DNA of 63,961 bases from Thraustochytrium aureum. Lineage: Eukaryota. Shown here piece after piece: positions 22,965-35,118 of the stretch (within the stretch, counting starts at the first letter, position 1; each line of letters opens with the position of its first letter). The stretch covers positions 29,504 through 93,464 of the forward strand of contig BLSG01000449.1 in the NCBI GenBank assembly GCA_012862495.1, read 5' to 3'. The notes beneath the pieces are model-generated. The model had not been told where the DNA came from. It saw nothing but the letters and a program-made list of their open reading frames with translations, and did no database searches. The translations under genes were made by a program, and so were the position numbers.

Positions 22965-23372
22965 AGACTCGTGGCTCTGGGCCTGGAGCAGGGACGCGGC
23001 CGTGCGGGACGCGCGAAGAAGCGCCTGCCTAAGCGCCTGCCTGCCCGCTTGCGTGCCTGCGTGCGCAGTTGGGCGGTGGTGTGTTGAGCAGGGATCCTTT
23101 GCTCGGACTAACTCTGTGTGGCTGGGCTTGGAGCAGGGACGCGGCCGTGCGGGACGCGTCGAAATATCGCCTGCCTGCCTGCCTGCCTGCCTGCCCGGCC
23201 TGCCGGCCTGCGTGCGAGCGCCGTGGGCGGTAGAGATACCTCCCTAACTCGAGAGGTTGAGCAGGGCTCCTCCGTTCGGACTCTCTGCGCGTGGCTCTGG
23301 GCTTGGAGCAGGGACTCGGCCGTGCGGGACGCGAAGAAAAAAAATCGCCCTTGCCTGCCTGCCTGCCTGCCT
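22965..23372 (+). repeat. Three diverged ~150-180-bp tandem copies directly upstream of the RBR start
   Basis: Core TGGGC(C/T)TGGAGCAGGGAC(G/T)CGGCCGTGCGGGACGCG at ~22978, ~23123 and ~23298, each followed by a (CCTG)n tract. Confidence 0.85.
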
Positions 23373-23396
23373 ACCTGCGTGGTGCAAGTGTACGCG

Positions 23397-26300
23397 ATGG
23401 AGGGCTGTGATGAGGGGTCGCGGAGAGTCGGCAGAGAGGAGCGCACGGATGGCGGTGGGCTTGAGACGAGCAACGCGCTGACAGACTCGGCCGTGGACAG
23501 GACCGTGGCGCTGTGCAGGCGGTATGGCGTGGGTGTCGAGGCGCAAGCGCACGTGATGGAGAGGCTGAACGCGGTGCTGCGACGAGGCCTGGATCCAGTT
23601 GTGTCGCCGCAGGTTGAGAGACTCGGAGGTGACATGGACCGCGTCTGGGGCGCCTGTGTTCTGTATATCGTGGTGGCCTAGGCGAGCTTGCCGAAGGTTC
23701 CGAGGGGTCGTTCGAAGAGCAGGCTCCTGGAGACGTCGCCGCGCAGCAGGCGCGTCGGCTCCCAAAACTCAAACTGAACGACTTGGTGAGGGAAATGCAA
23801 ATCTCCCCTACAGAGCTCGTGGAGAACGTCAAGGCAGCGCTGGAGGCCTCGTGCAATCAAGTCGGAGGACCACCAGACACACATGGACCACGTGGCGCAG
23901 GATCGCCGCGGTCCCGGCGCGCCAGCGCGCCCGGCGCCTTGGACTTGCAAGCCTCCGAGAAACGCGTTCTGAACGACCTCCACGTCCTGCATTTGTCACG
24001 AGTGACGATGACGATGCTGTTCCAAAAGTTTCAAAATCTGTGGGACGCCTCGCGCAACTTCCTGGCGCACGAGCAACCTGGCGGCGACCCTGTGGCAGCG
24101 AGGTGCGGGACCGAGTCAGCCTGGCTGCTTTTCATACTCGCCCGACACGAGCTCCGCCCCGAGGACCAGGACTCGGGTGATATCGTCTGGTCCTACAGGC
24201 TCCTCGTCGCTGTGGTGCTCCTCACACGGTTTGCCGAGCCAGCGGCGGGCGAGGCAGCTGCTGCGCTCGCCGCGCTCGAGACTGACTCGGCCACGAGTGG
24301 CGACGAATTGCCTGCTACAGAGCCATACCCCGCCGCAGACGACGACGGCAACGAACACGCTGGACCAGACGATGAGGAAAATCAGCATGCCTATGCGCAG
24401 GGCCAGCGGCGGCCGCGCACTCGCTCTGGGACAGGCAAGAGGCTGCGGGCAGAGCCCCGCCTGGCCAGCCCGGACAGCTCGCCGAAAAAGCGGCTTCGTG
24501 CGCACCCACTTGGCGGTAGCGACCGGCGAAGAACGCCGGTCGCGGCGTTCGTGGATGAGGAGGATCGCACCATGTCCGAGCCGAGCGCCCCAGAGCTGCA
24601 GCACAGCTTGGAGCAGTTTTTCGCTTTCACGCGGGTCCCCAAAGATGAGGTCCTGGAGCAAGCGAGCGCCGTTCGCGCGTTCGTTGGGGACCTCGTGCGC
24701 GCCGGCGTATTTCCGGCCGGCATTGCGGCCGCCCACGTGCTGACCTCGGAAGCTCTTGCAAACCCGCTTGTCCGCGACAAGCTCGACAACTACTACGGCG
24801 AGCACTACGTGCAAAGCATCTCGGCGTTCGACGAGCGGTCCCTCCTAGGCTTCTCGGCGCTCGAGCAGCTCAGCTGCACGCCGATCAAGCCCCTCTCGCA
24901 GGTGCTCGGCGCCGCTCCCGGCCCCGAGGGAGCCTCGGCAGAACACAAAGTGTCCAAGGAGAGCACGGCAGCGGCGCTCGCGGCCGCCGAGGTGATCAAG
25001 GACGGCGCGGCGCGCGTCACCAAAGCTCTCTTCGAGACGAGCGACTCGGGCGCTGCCGACTCGCCGGTTCACCGGCAAGAGCGCGCTCGGCACGCGGCGT
25101 TCTCCGCAACGGGCCTTTCGGCCGGCGCCGCGGCACCTGTAGCGCCTGCATATGCGTCTCCGATCCGCAGAGCGTCGGGGTCGCGCGTGGGCACACCGGG
25201 CGTCGCAAACACGCCTGTTTCGAGCGCCTTGGAGGCGAGTAACTGGTTGAGCCGCGAGGTAGACGACGCTCCGCTCAACCCGTCCGAGGCCCTGCTGCGC
25301 TTCTTCAGCGAGTGCGAGAGCGACCCGAGCGCCGACATTTTGGCGCGGGTCGCAGGCATGCGCCAGGCGCTGCATGATGCCTACGAGGCCAGCAGGGCCA
25401 CCTCGTCGATCCACAAAGAGCTCTTTGCCGAGGACAGCGACCAGGGGGGCGATGAGGGGGGGGACCGTCGCGGCGACTTGCGCGAGGCGCGAGTGTCGCC
25501 GCGAACGCGGGCCGCTGCTCGCCGGTCGCCTAGGACGCAAGGCGCGCGAGGCCTGTCGACTGCCGGGACGCCGCGCCCAGGTTTGGAGCGCCACCTTGGG
25601 TTCGGGCAAAGGCTCTACTTTCGCGTGCTCGAGTCGTTCTTGCGCGGCGAGGCTTCGCGTCTGGGCACTACCAACTTTGGCCCCTTGCTGAACAACGACA
25701 TGTTTCACAGGGCCCTTTTCGCGTGCTGCATGGAGGTCATCTTTCGGTCCAAGGAGGTGTTCCGCCTCATGTACCCAGTCGTGACGAGCTGTCTAGCTGT
25801 CCCTGCCTTCGAGTTCCTCAAAGTGCTCGAGAGCTTTGTAAAATACGTGCCCATGCTGCCGCGCCTCCTGCGGCACCACTTGCACCTTCTTGAGACGGAC
25901 ATCTTGGAGGAAGCCGCTTGGCAGCGCGACTCGCCCGTGTTTGGGCTCCTGGCGCGGCGCGCGGCGAGCCGCGAAGCTGCAGCCCAGGGCACTGCTGCCG
26001 CAGTGCCTGGACCTGGGGCGGCCGAGGCAGCGCCGGCGCCCAACGTCTTGGCGCCGCTCGAGCTGTTCCTTCGCAAGATGCTCTCGCTGGCGCATGACCG
26101 CCTCAAGGCGCTGTACCAGCACCTTGGCTTCGCGTTGAGCGGGCCGGGGTGCTTTTACAAGGATATCTGGGACGTCTTTCGCGTCGCGATTAACAGGTTC
26201 CCAGAGCTCGTCATGGACCGCCACATCGACCACGTGATCCTCTGCTCGATGTACGGCGTCTGCAAGGTGCGCCGGGTCGAGCCGCAAGTCTCGTTCAAGG

Positions 26301-27277
26301 GCCTGCTGGCCGCCTACAAGGTCGCCCTGCGCCCGGACGAGCGCGAGAGCTACTCGCAGCTCGTCAACAAGGTCAACCGCGCCTCGCATGTGACCCGCTA
26401 TGAACGCATCGCGCACCACATTGCTCTCGAGACGCCTGACAAGCGACTGCCCGACTCGGAGGGGGCGGCTTGCGTCCCGGCGCTGGCGCCGAGACCCTCG
26501 GCCTCGAAAAAGGGCGACCTTGTGGCCTACTACAACGCGATTTACATCCCGAAGCTCAAGGAGACGATCCTCAACCTCAGGACAAAGTCAAGCTCGCCGA
26601 TAGCGCCGTCAGGCGGAAGAATGCGATCGTCCTCCACCTCCGCGAGCGCGCCGCCGCGGGCCCACGAGGCAGACCAAACCTCGTGCGTCTCCCCACAGCG
26701 AACGGCCACCTCGACTTCGTTTCAGTCGCCAAATCGTCGCCCGAATGCGGTGCACATGACCCCGCGGACGCGCGAGCTGTACGCTTTTAGCGAGTCCCCC
26801 GCGCGGCCGCAAGACATGAGCGTTGTGAATCGCAGAGCTGGCCGGCGGCCGCGGCCGCTTCGCGGCGAAGACGGGGAGGACGGCAGCCGCGCCGAGTCGA
26901 TGGGGTCGGTGTCTCCGCGCCGCACGTCGAGCCGCATCCGCATCCAGAATCTCCTGCATCGCCACTCGACGTCGCAGCAAAAGCAGCNNNNNNNNNNNNN
27001 NNNNNNNNNNNNNNNNNNNNNNNNNNNNNNNNNNNNNNNNNNNNNNNNNNNNNNNNNNNNNNNNNNNNNNNNNNNNNNNNNNNNNNNNNNNNNNNNNNNN
27101 NNNNNNNNNNNNNNNNNNNNNNNNNNNNNNNNNNNNNNNNNNNNNNNNNNNNNNNNNNNNNNNNNNNNNNNNNNNNNNNNNNNNNNNNNNNNNNNNNNNN
27201 NNNNNNNNNNNNNNNNNNNNNNNNNNNNNNNNNNNNNNNNNNCTCGCCGGTCGCGAAATAAGCAGCGCTGGGGGTGA
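23397..27277 (+). CDS. RBR: Retinoblastoma-related pocket protein; 1-nt frameshift at ~23675-23678; 3' end crosses an N-gap so the stop is uncertain
   Basis: N-terminal WGACVLYIV; pocket A TPVSSALEASNWL...LYFRVLE...FHRALFACCMEV...FLKVLESFV...EEAAW; pocket B LFLRKM...DRHIDHVILCSMYGVCKV...YYNAIYIP; many S/T-P CDK sites. Confidence 0.96.
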
Positions 27278-28416
27278 GGAGGGCGTGGCGCCGAATGACT
27301 CGGCAGCCACGCCCTTTCGCGAGGACCCCAGAACTCATCGAGCGTATATATATATTTTAGTTATCCTGCTTCTGTTCGCACTGCGCGAGGCGCCGCGCCT
27401 GCGCAGCTCGTGTCAGAATCAAACTCCAACCTGCAACTTGATCGCCCATTCGCGCAACATGCGGTCCAGGACAGGCGAGAGTCTTCTCACGTCGGCGCCT
27501 GGCCGCCTGGCCGCCTTCACCAAGGGCGCGCAGTGGACAAGGCAGCCCAAACGCGCCGATGCCAATGCCGCTGGGTCGAGCGAACACCGCTTGGTGGACA
27601 AAGGGAGCAGAAGGCGGCCGGCCGGCTTCTGGATGGACGTCTGGCCGGCTATTGCTCGACTCGGCAAGAGCACAGCATGAGTCGCGAGCGACGCTGGGTT
27701 CCACGCAGCAGCTCCCCCGCTTCGCCAAATGTTCACGCAGCTCCCCACAAGGTCTGCAGTGTTCTGCTCGCGAGGCATAGGCTGGCGCACCCCGCGACAA
27801 GCTCGATGCCGCCAGCGTGCGTGAGCAAGAACAGTAGACTGACAGCGAATGCTGCACCGCAGGGAGCCCGGTGCCACGGCTGTGGGTCAGCCAGCTGGAA
27901 TGCCGGCAGCGAGCCGGAGCCGCTTCGGCTCGCTGCCGCATGGCCGCTGCCATGATCTTCGTCAGAAAACAGTTTTGTACGACACCGATCTCGTACTCGT
28001 TCAGTGTGCACGAGAAAAGTACCACGCCATCGGTCCGTCAGTAGCGGCCGGGCGGGCGGGCCTTGCAAACGTGTCAGCGGCTTGCTCAGCTCTGCGCAGG
28101 GCAGCGGGGAGTCGAAGAGCTGCCCGGCCGTGTTCACTTGTGAGCCTTGACAGGTCGGTTGTCAGTGTATTTTCTGCTGAACGAATCTCGGCTCGCGCAA
28201 GTACCAACTGGGGAATTTCGAGCGTGTACTCCATGGTGTGCTTGCTGGCCTTTTGCACAGACTCGGTACGCAGCAGCGCAAGGCGGCTGAATGATTCAAG
28301 GCAAACAGTAGTCGGCAGCTGAACGAGGCCTTGCTCGTGAACGTCCGCCAGCAACCAGACACGCCAGCAAAGCAAGCCGCAAACAGCAAAGCAAACCCCA
28401 AACGCAAGACAAGCAA

Positions 28417-28417
<1 letters not shown>

Positions 28418-28455
<38 letters not shown>

Positions 28456-28485
28456 CAACAACAGCAACAACAACAACAGCAACAA
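28418..28485 (+). repeat. (CAG)/(CAA) trinucleotide repeat upstream of the chitin-binding gene
   Basis: Direct inspection. Confidence 0.9.
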
Positions 28486-28527
28486 CCGCGCCAGGCCATC
28501 TATTCCAAGTACGAGTCGGAAGAAAAG

Positions 28528-29019
28528 ATGAAGGTCAGCTTCGCCGCCACCGCGCTTTGCGCCGTTCTCGCCACCTGCGCGACGGCCGCGCTGACCAACG
28601 AACAGATTGAAGAGCTTGTCTCGAAGCAAGTCGCCGAGTCCGCAGCGGATCCCGATGTTTCGGAACCGGGGGTGCAGGGGCTGCGCGGCTCGAACGATGT
28701 CAAGTGCGCGATCCCAGGAGGGCGCTGCGGACCCACGTACGGGGCCTGCCCGCAAGGCCAGTACTGCTCCTCGTGGTTTTGGTGCGGCGGGGAAGGGCCC
28801 TGGAAGGACACTGCGCAGCCCGCCTACTCGGACAGCGCGGCGTGCAAGGTCGAATGCACCAAGCCCGGCGATCGTTGCGGCGCCAACTTTGGGAACGCGT
28901 ATTGCGCGCCGGACTACTGCTGCAGTGCAGAGGGCTGGTGCGGCAAGGGCGCAAGCTGGTGCGTGAACCAGCAAGCCCAGTTCAGCAACCAGGGGCTCTG
29001 CGAGGGCGTCCTTCCGTGA
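28528..29019 (+). CDS. Small secreted protein with two hevein-like chitin-binding type-1 (CBM18) domains
   Basis: Signal peptide; RCGPTYGACPQGQYCSSWFWCG and RCGANFGNAYCAPDYCCSAEGWCGKGASWC. Confidence 0.88.
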   Translation: MKVSFAATALCAVLATCATAALTNEQIEELVSKQVAESAADPDVSEPGVQGLRGSNDVKCAIPGGRCGPTYGACPQGQYCSSWFWCGGEGPWKDTAQPAYSDSAACKVECTKPGDRCGANFGNAYCAPDYCCSAEGWCGKGASWCVNQQAQFSNQGLCEGVLP

Positions 29020-29624
29020 AGTCCAGGCGAGAACGACGTGACTGCCGCCAGCGCGAAAATGATGCCACGAGCGCAGCTTCAGTTTTAAAAACGAAAAATC
29101 TTGCAATACTCGACCGTGCAGCAGCATTTCGTCAATGTCGCGCCACAGGTCTTGGCGGTCGTCGCCACGTCGAACGGCACCGACCTCGTTGCACTCCCTC
29201 CGCAGAAGTGGGCGAAAGAAACTCTCTGCAACACCGCGTGATTGCAGCGGCGGCCAGCGCGCCAGGGCCAGCGCACCGTGCGAAAGAAGACCTCGGCGAG
29301 ACGCTTGATGGCAAAGCAGTTCTGAACTGATTTCGGATTGGACAGAGTAAGTAGTAGGAAAACATGGTGAGGCCGGTGCCAACCCCGGCATCGATGGCGA
29401 TGACCTCTCGGCGCGAGGGATGGTACGCAGATCAGGCACGCGGGCGGAGAGACACGCGCCCAATAGGGCCGCGCCGGCCGGTCCTTGGGCATAGAATGTC
29501 GGCGAGCAACACGTTGGAGCAGTCGACGTAGGACAGGCACTTTGCCCAGAAGAACATTCATGATCCCACCAGAAGCGCCAACGCATCGCGGCGCGGGCAG
29601 ACGCGCTCGATCCGCGCGAAGAGG

Positions 29625-29957
29625 ATGACTGAGGACGAGCTGCTGAGGACCAAGTTCAAGCTGGCGGTGGCGCACGCCAACAGCCCGGAGGGCAAGGCGA
29701 GCGGGGCGCTGGACACGCACGCGCAACTCGCGTTTTACGCCCTGTTCAAGCAGGCGACGGTCGGCCCGTGCGTGGACAAGGCGCCGAGCCAGCTGAGCTT
29801 TGTCAAGTACGCCAAGTGGCAGGCCTGGCAGGACCTCAAGACCATGTCGAGCGAGCAGGCGATGCGGCAGTACCTGGACGAGATGGACAAGGCGCAGCCA
29901 GACTGGAAGGCGGCAGTTCGCGCTGCGCACAGGATCAAACTCAGGTCCAAGCTATAA
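29625..29957 (+). CDS. ACBP: Acyl-CoA-binding protein with C-terminal PTS1 (SKL)
   Basis: LAFYALFKQATVGPC...AKWQAW..LK.MS.EQAMRQY; ends in RSKL. Confidence 0.95.
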   Translation: MTEDELLRTKFKLAVAHANSPEGKASGALDTHAQLAFYALFKQATVGPCVDKAPSQLSFVKYAKWQAWQDLKTMSSEQAMRQYLDEMDKAQPDWKAAVRAAHRIKLRSKL

Positions 29958-30173
29958 CGGGCCTGGCTGGTCGATGAGGCCGAGCGAGCCCGCAGTCTCT
30001 AGAGCGAGCCCGCAGTCTGCAGTCTGCCCTCGCGACTCGCACAGCGCCGCCAGCGAGGTTGGTCGCGTTGGTAGAGATGTTTTTCACTACCGAATATTGT
30101 ACGTAGACTTGATTGACGGTCAGCGCGGGACTGCTGCGGCGGGCGTGCCCGCGGCCAGTCGGGCCGCGGAACA

Positions 30174-32024
30174 CTATTGCCGTGTACTGATCGCAGCGTT
30201 GACGTTGTAGAGCTTGACGGAGCCGTCGAGGGAGGCCGTGCAAGCGAGTGTTGTGGCACCGGGCCCGGACGCTGGCGCCGCCCAGTCGACGCTGGTCAAT
30301 GTCTCGGCGTGCGCCGTGGGCAGCGAAACACAGGTCTGTTGCACCGGTGTCGAAGAGGCGCAGCCCGGTGCCGTACTGCGGACTGCATGCCAACACGCGG
30401 CTTGGCTCCTCTGGCGACAAGACCATGTCTCCGTAAAGGAGGAGGTCGTTTGGGGAGGGAGCAAAAGCGATCCCAGGCGAAGCCAGCGCGGGGAGCGTGC
30501 AGAGCGCCTCGCTGACCCGGTGCAGGCTCCAAGTTGATACGACGCCATCGCGGTCCTGGACGATCACCGCGGTCTCGTCGGCGTTGAGCGCGACACTGCC
30601 CAGCGCGGACCGGCCTGGACTCGCGCTCCACTGCATGATCGAGACGCCCTTGACGACGTCGAAAACGCGGACGCTGCCGTCGACCGAGCCAGTCACGAGC
30701 AGGCTGCCGTTGTGGTTGAAGACGGCAGAAACGGCAACGTATTCGTCCTTGTCGAGCGCGGATACGAGCTGCAGGGTGGCGGCGCTCCAGAGGCGCAGCT
30801 GAGCCTGCCGCGGCGCGCCAGGCCCGGAGCCGCGGCCGGCGGAGATGGTGGAAAGGAGCTGTTTGCGAGCGCAAAAACGGACGCAGGTCACGAACGGCGC
30901 GGCTGGGCCGGCCGAGCCCGCCTCGATCTCGCCCACGTCCGCGCCCTTTCCCGCGTTCCACAGCCGGACCACCCCAGACCCCGTGCCTATTGCAAGGAGG
31001 CTGGGCTCTTCCGCGTGCCAGTCGAGGCAGAGGGCTGGGCCTGGGCAAAACACGGTTTGGTCGAGTCTCAGCGGCTCGGGGTCTGTGCCGGCCGCGCTGG
31101 CAGCAGACCAGGACCAGATGCGCACCGTGGCGTCGCTCGAGGCGCTGGCGAGGGCTTGGGCGTCCGGGGAGAACCTGCACTGTTGACCTTGGCGGGGTGC
31201 CGGCCGGTTGCGAAGCTCAGGAGGCGCGGATCCGCCCGTGCCGGCTCGCTCTCGGCTGGCTGGGTAGCCGCGGCCTCCGCCCGGATGGCGGCGCCGCCGG
31301 GAGCGCCACTGTCGCCTGGTGGCGGCGCGCTCCGCAGCGCGCTTGCGAGGTGCACGGTGCCCGAGGCGCCTCGATTGGCCAGCATCACTTTGAGCTGCTC
31401 GACCTCCTCGCGGAGTCTTGCGCACTCAAACTCCTTGGCTCGCAGCTCGGACGCTAGCGCCTCGCGCTTTCTTCGGCCCAGCGGAAACGCGAGCAGCTTG
31501 GGCGCCGGCTGAAGCCTGAAGGCCTGCGACAGCAGGTTGTGGAGCGTGACAGCCATCAAGCGGTGCCACTCCTCCTCAAAGTAGGGCGCAAAGTGGGTGT
31601 CGTGCGCTGGCTCGCGACAGAAGGGCAGCGCAAACCAAGGCCTCCACTCCTCCGGGTCCATCGAGAGCTCCTCCAGGAGGTGCCGCTCAAAGACCTCCTG
31701 GAGAACCTCGAGTCGGCCGCCCTGCTTTGCCCTGACGAGCAACGCCTTCACGAGGCCGCTCTTCACGCGCTCTGCTGCCTCCGCCATCTCGGGGTCCAGC
31801 TCTGCGAGGCCGCATCGTTCTTCGAGGAACACCCAGGCCTTGGCGAGCCCAGCCGCGTCTCCGCGCAGGACGAGCTCGAGCAAGTGGGCTGCGACGCGCT
31901 CCGAGTTGAGCCCTTGCAGCCTATCGTCAGACCGCTCGCGATCAAGCGCGCCAAGCGCCGCGGTAAACCCGCGAAACGCGAGGTACTCTGCCACGCTGTC
32001 GTCAACCTCGTCGAGGACCTCCAT
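30174..32024 (-). CDS. WDR91: WD repeat-containing protein 91; frameshifts at ~31180 and ~30325-30342
   Basis: N-terminal EYLAFRGFTAAL, EEWRPWFALPF...F.PYF..EW...L.VTLHNLLS, coiled coil, then WD40 repeats (RFSPD..ALASASSDATVRIW; FNHNGSLLVTGSVDGSVRVFD; TSVDW...TASLDGSVKL) spread over three frames. Confidence 0.92.
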
Positions 32025-32301
32025 CGCGCGGCCGCCGGGGACTGACAGCCGTGGACTCTCCAGTAAGTAGAGCAGCGAGCGAGCGAGCCAGACGCCAAGC
32101 CAGCCAGGTCCAGCGGCTCGAGAGTGGCGCAGAAAGCTCCGAATGCCACGGCGCGGGCGCGAGTCGAGGACTTACTCCCGGCGTGCCGGCATCGCACGCT
32201 CCATGCCCCCGCAAGATACGAAGAACAGGCCTCGTTCACTGGGGATGCCTGAACGAGCGATGTTCGCGCAAGGCCGGCCGGCAGCCGTGGACGTCGAGCA
32301 T

Positions 32302-32404
32302 CGCGTGCTTGGTGGCGAGCCGCAGGACTGTTGCGTGCTTACCGCGTGCTTGGTGGCGAGCCGCAGGACTGTGGCGCGCTTACCGCATGCTTGGTGGCGA
32401 GCCG
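32302..32404. repeat. 41-bp tandem repeat x2.5
   Basis: CGCGTGCTTGGTGGCGAGCCGCAGGACTG... starting at 32302, 32343 and 32384. Confidence 0.9.
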
Positions 32405-32536
32405 CGCAACGCCACCTGGCGAGCGCTGGCGAAAAACCCGAGCGCCATGCACGTGATGCAGCTAGCACGGTGGGCCGCGCGGCGAACGCAGTAAAGTGAG
32501 AGCGCGTCGCCAGCGACGCCGGGCGCTCTTGCGCTC

Positions 32537-32596
32537 TACTAGAGGCTAGTAGGTAGGCCTAGCTAGAGCTAGCCTAGCTCTACTAGCTAGAGAGAG
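32537..32596. repeat. CTAG/TAG-rich quasi-palindromic low-complexity tract
   Basis: ctactagaggctagtaggtaggcctagctagagctagcctagctctactagctagagag. Confidence 0.7.
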
Positions 32597-33965
32597 TTGC
32601 GGGGCAAATGCCACCGCAACGTGCTCGATCTCACGCTCCTGCACGCAATCGACCAGACGCCGCAGCGTCGACGCCTGTCCTGGAGGCTCGCATAGCTGCA
32701 CCCACTGCCCGTCGGCATTGCAGGAATTCATGTCAAAGACGTCGAGCAAACGGTGCAGGCCGTCATCTCAACTCGCCACCAATCATCAGCAGGCTTGCTT
32801 GCTCCGCCGCGCCCGAATCGCAACGCCCAACGCGTCTCGTCGCGGCCAGGCCACCCGCAATTTTATGCACAGCGGCGGCGGCAGCGCGGGCGCGAAGGAG
32901 CACTTCGCTGCGCTCTTGCGCGGCGACGACAAGCTCGTCACAATCAGCAACTCGACTGCGTGCGTTTCTGCGTGCGTTTCTGCGTGCGTTCGCGGTTCAA
33001 AATGTCCGTGTGTTTCTCGTTTTGGAAGCCCGTGTGCATCTGTGAGATGCACGCATGCGGCGAGAGAGAAGGCCCTGCGGCCTGGTGGCAGCGAGGGAGG
33101 GAGAAAGACTCGGACTCGGAATGCCAGCGACGCGGCCGAGGATGAACGAGCGCGTGTTGTGCACGCTCCTCACAGTGCATTCGGTCCGGCGAGCACGATG
33201 TTCATTGGGAGAATGCACATTTTTCACAGAAATCGACTTTGAGACCGGTTTTTTGTTGAATTTTGGTTTTTGCCTTGTCCGATGTGGACACTGTAAGAGC
33301 GGGAAAGACGCACGAGAAGAAGACCTCTCCTTGACGTGGGCAAGAGGATGGATGACGGGCCTGAGGCTGCATTCTGCACCTGACGCACACCCTGCCGTTG
33401 TGCTTGCTATGCACGCACGCACTCCACTGCTTAGCACGCCCTACCTGGCCGCACGCAGGAGGGGAGCGAGCGAGGGATTGCTGGATTTCAAACTCCCACA
33501 CGGCCATCATCAATGACAATGAATGGACCGATGCCTGGCTTGCAAGCTTCTCTCGCCCTGCCCACTGCTCTCGCTTGTCAATCGCCCCCTCGTCGCTCGC
33601 GAATTGCACATNNNNNNNNNNNNNNNNNNNNNNNNNNNNNNNNNNNNNNNNNNNNNNNNNNNNNNNNNNNNNNNNNNNNNNNNNNNNNNNNNNNNNNNNN
33701 NNNNNNNNCGAGGCGCCAGAAAAACAAAGCGACGCAGACTGAGAGAGCTTGAGAGCGACGAGTCCATTTCGCGCAGCCCATCCGCGGCAGAAATCACTCG
33801 TTCGCGGTGCGGCCGTGCCCTTGCAAACAGTTCCCAATCACAGCTAGTCGCGTGAAAAGGCAGGACTCGGACGGCTGATTAGAAAGCCGCCCTCGCCGCG
33901 CAAGTCGCAGGCGCCTGATTCGACTCGAGCAAGGCTCGCAGCACGCAAGAATGTCGGGCCCCGAC

Positions 33966-35118
33966 ATGGGCGGTCTGAGCGCGCCAGTCGCTGACGCGCC
34001 CCCGAGCGGAATCTACGCAATCCCTGCTGCCGCCGGGGCGGTCAGCAAGGCCAAGATCCTGGCCGCCGTCATGGCGGTGGGCCTCATCGGCGCGGTCGTG
34101 GGCATCACGACCGCGAGCGGGTGACCCCCGGGAAAAATCGGTGCCGCAAGCCAACCTCCAAGACGACGGTGGGCCGACGATCCCCAACTTTCCGGTCCCG
34201 CCCTGCGGCTGCGAGCACGCCTACGTGGTTGCCTACTGCGCGGACGAGCTCGAGATGTTCGTCTACAAATGGATCTCCGACGACGACCCCATGGAGCTGG
34301 TCCAGGTCAACGGCACGTCAGACGCTCTCTCGGCGCCCTTCCAGATCGACCTCGACCCCATCGACTGCGACACCCACCTCGAGTTCCGCTGCAAGGACAA
34401 GGGCACCGGCGGCGGGTTCGCGGCCACAATCGACGCCTGCGGCGAGCTCTACCACACTGTCGAGAAGACGCAGCTCTGGCACGAGCCGCACCAGTTCTGG
34501 CTTATGGCCAGCCGCGCCCCCGAGGGCACGGTGACCACTGAGACGGTCACCTACGGCGAGCTGACGCAGTACGGCGGCGCTGCCACCACGCCGCCCTTGC
34601 ACCCGTCCACACAGTGGATCTGGAACGGGCAGACCGGCAACGAGCTCTGGTTCGGCTTTGACTTTAGCTCGATGCTGCACTCGTGCCCGCCTGTGCCAGA
34701 AGCGACCGGGGCGCCGACCTCGTCGCCGTCTCCCTGGCCCACGTCCTCGCCGTCTCCGTGGCCCACCATGGCCCCTGTTCCCACGTTCAAACCCACCACT
34801 TCGCCCAGCAAATCGCCGACGACACCAAAGCCGACCAAGAGCCCAACACTCAAGCCTACGCGGTCTCCGACCGTCCCGAGCGCGACTCTGAGCCCGACCA
34901 AGGGCCCGACCAAGAGCCCGACCAAGAAACCCACCAAGTTTCCTTCCAAGGCGCCCACCAAGGGGCCCACCAAGGCCCCCTCAAAGTCGCCCACGAAGAA
35001 GCCGACGCCCAGCCCAACGCCGCCGACCAAGTCGCCCACGTATTCGCCAACGCCATGCCCCAAGACGCGCAAGTGGGTCACCTCGCCCACGCCTGGCTTC
35101 ATTTACACGTGCAAATAA
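33966..35118 (+). CDS. Membrane-anchored or secreted protein with a putative jelly-roll lectin-like domain and Pro/Thr/Lys-rich (PTKSP) mucin-like tail; frameshift at ~34119-34133
   Basis: ATG 33966 encodes a hydrophobic anchor (ILAAVMAVGLIGAVVGI) and hits TGA at 34122. The downstream frame continues with CADELEMF...FRCKDKGTGGGFAATI...WIWNG and then PT repeats. Confidence 0.75.

Noticed and set aside
27357..28375. Overlapping minus-strand ORFs between RBR and the hevein gene
   Set aside because: Could be a frameshifted gene, but no frame gives a recognisable product
28162..29586. Poly-Leu and poly-Cys ORFs on the minus strand
   Set aside because: Translations of the CAG/CAA microsatellite, antisense to the hevein gene
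32302..32404. 41-bp repeat as a CRISPR array
   Set aside because: The intervening segments are near-identical rather than unique spacers, there are only 2.5 units, no cas genes are present and the context is eukaryotic
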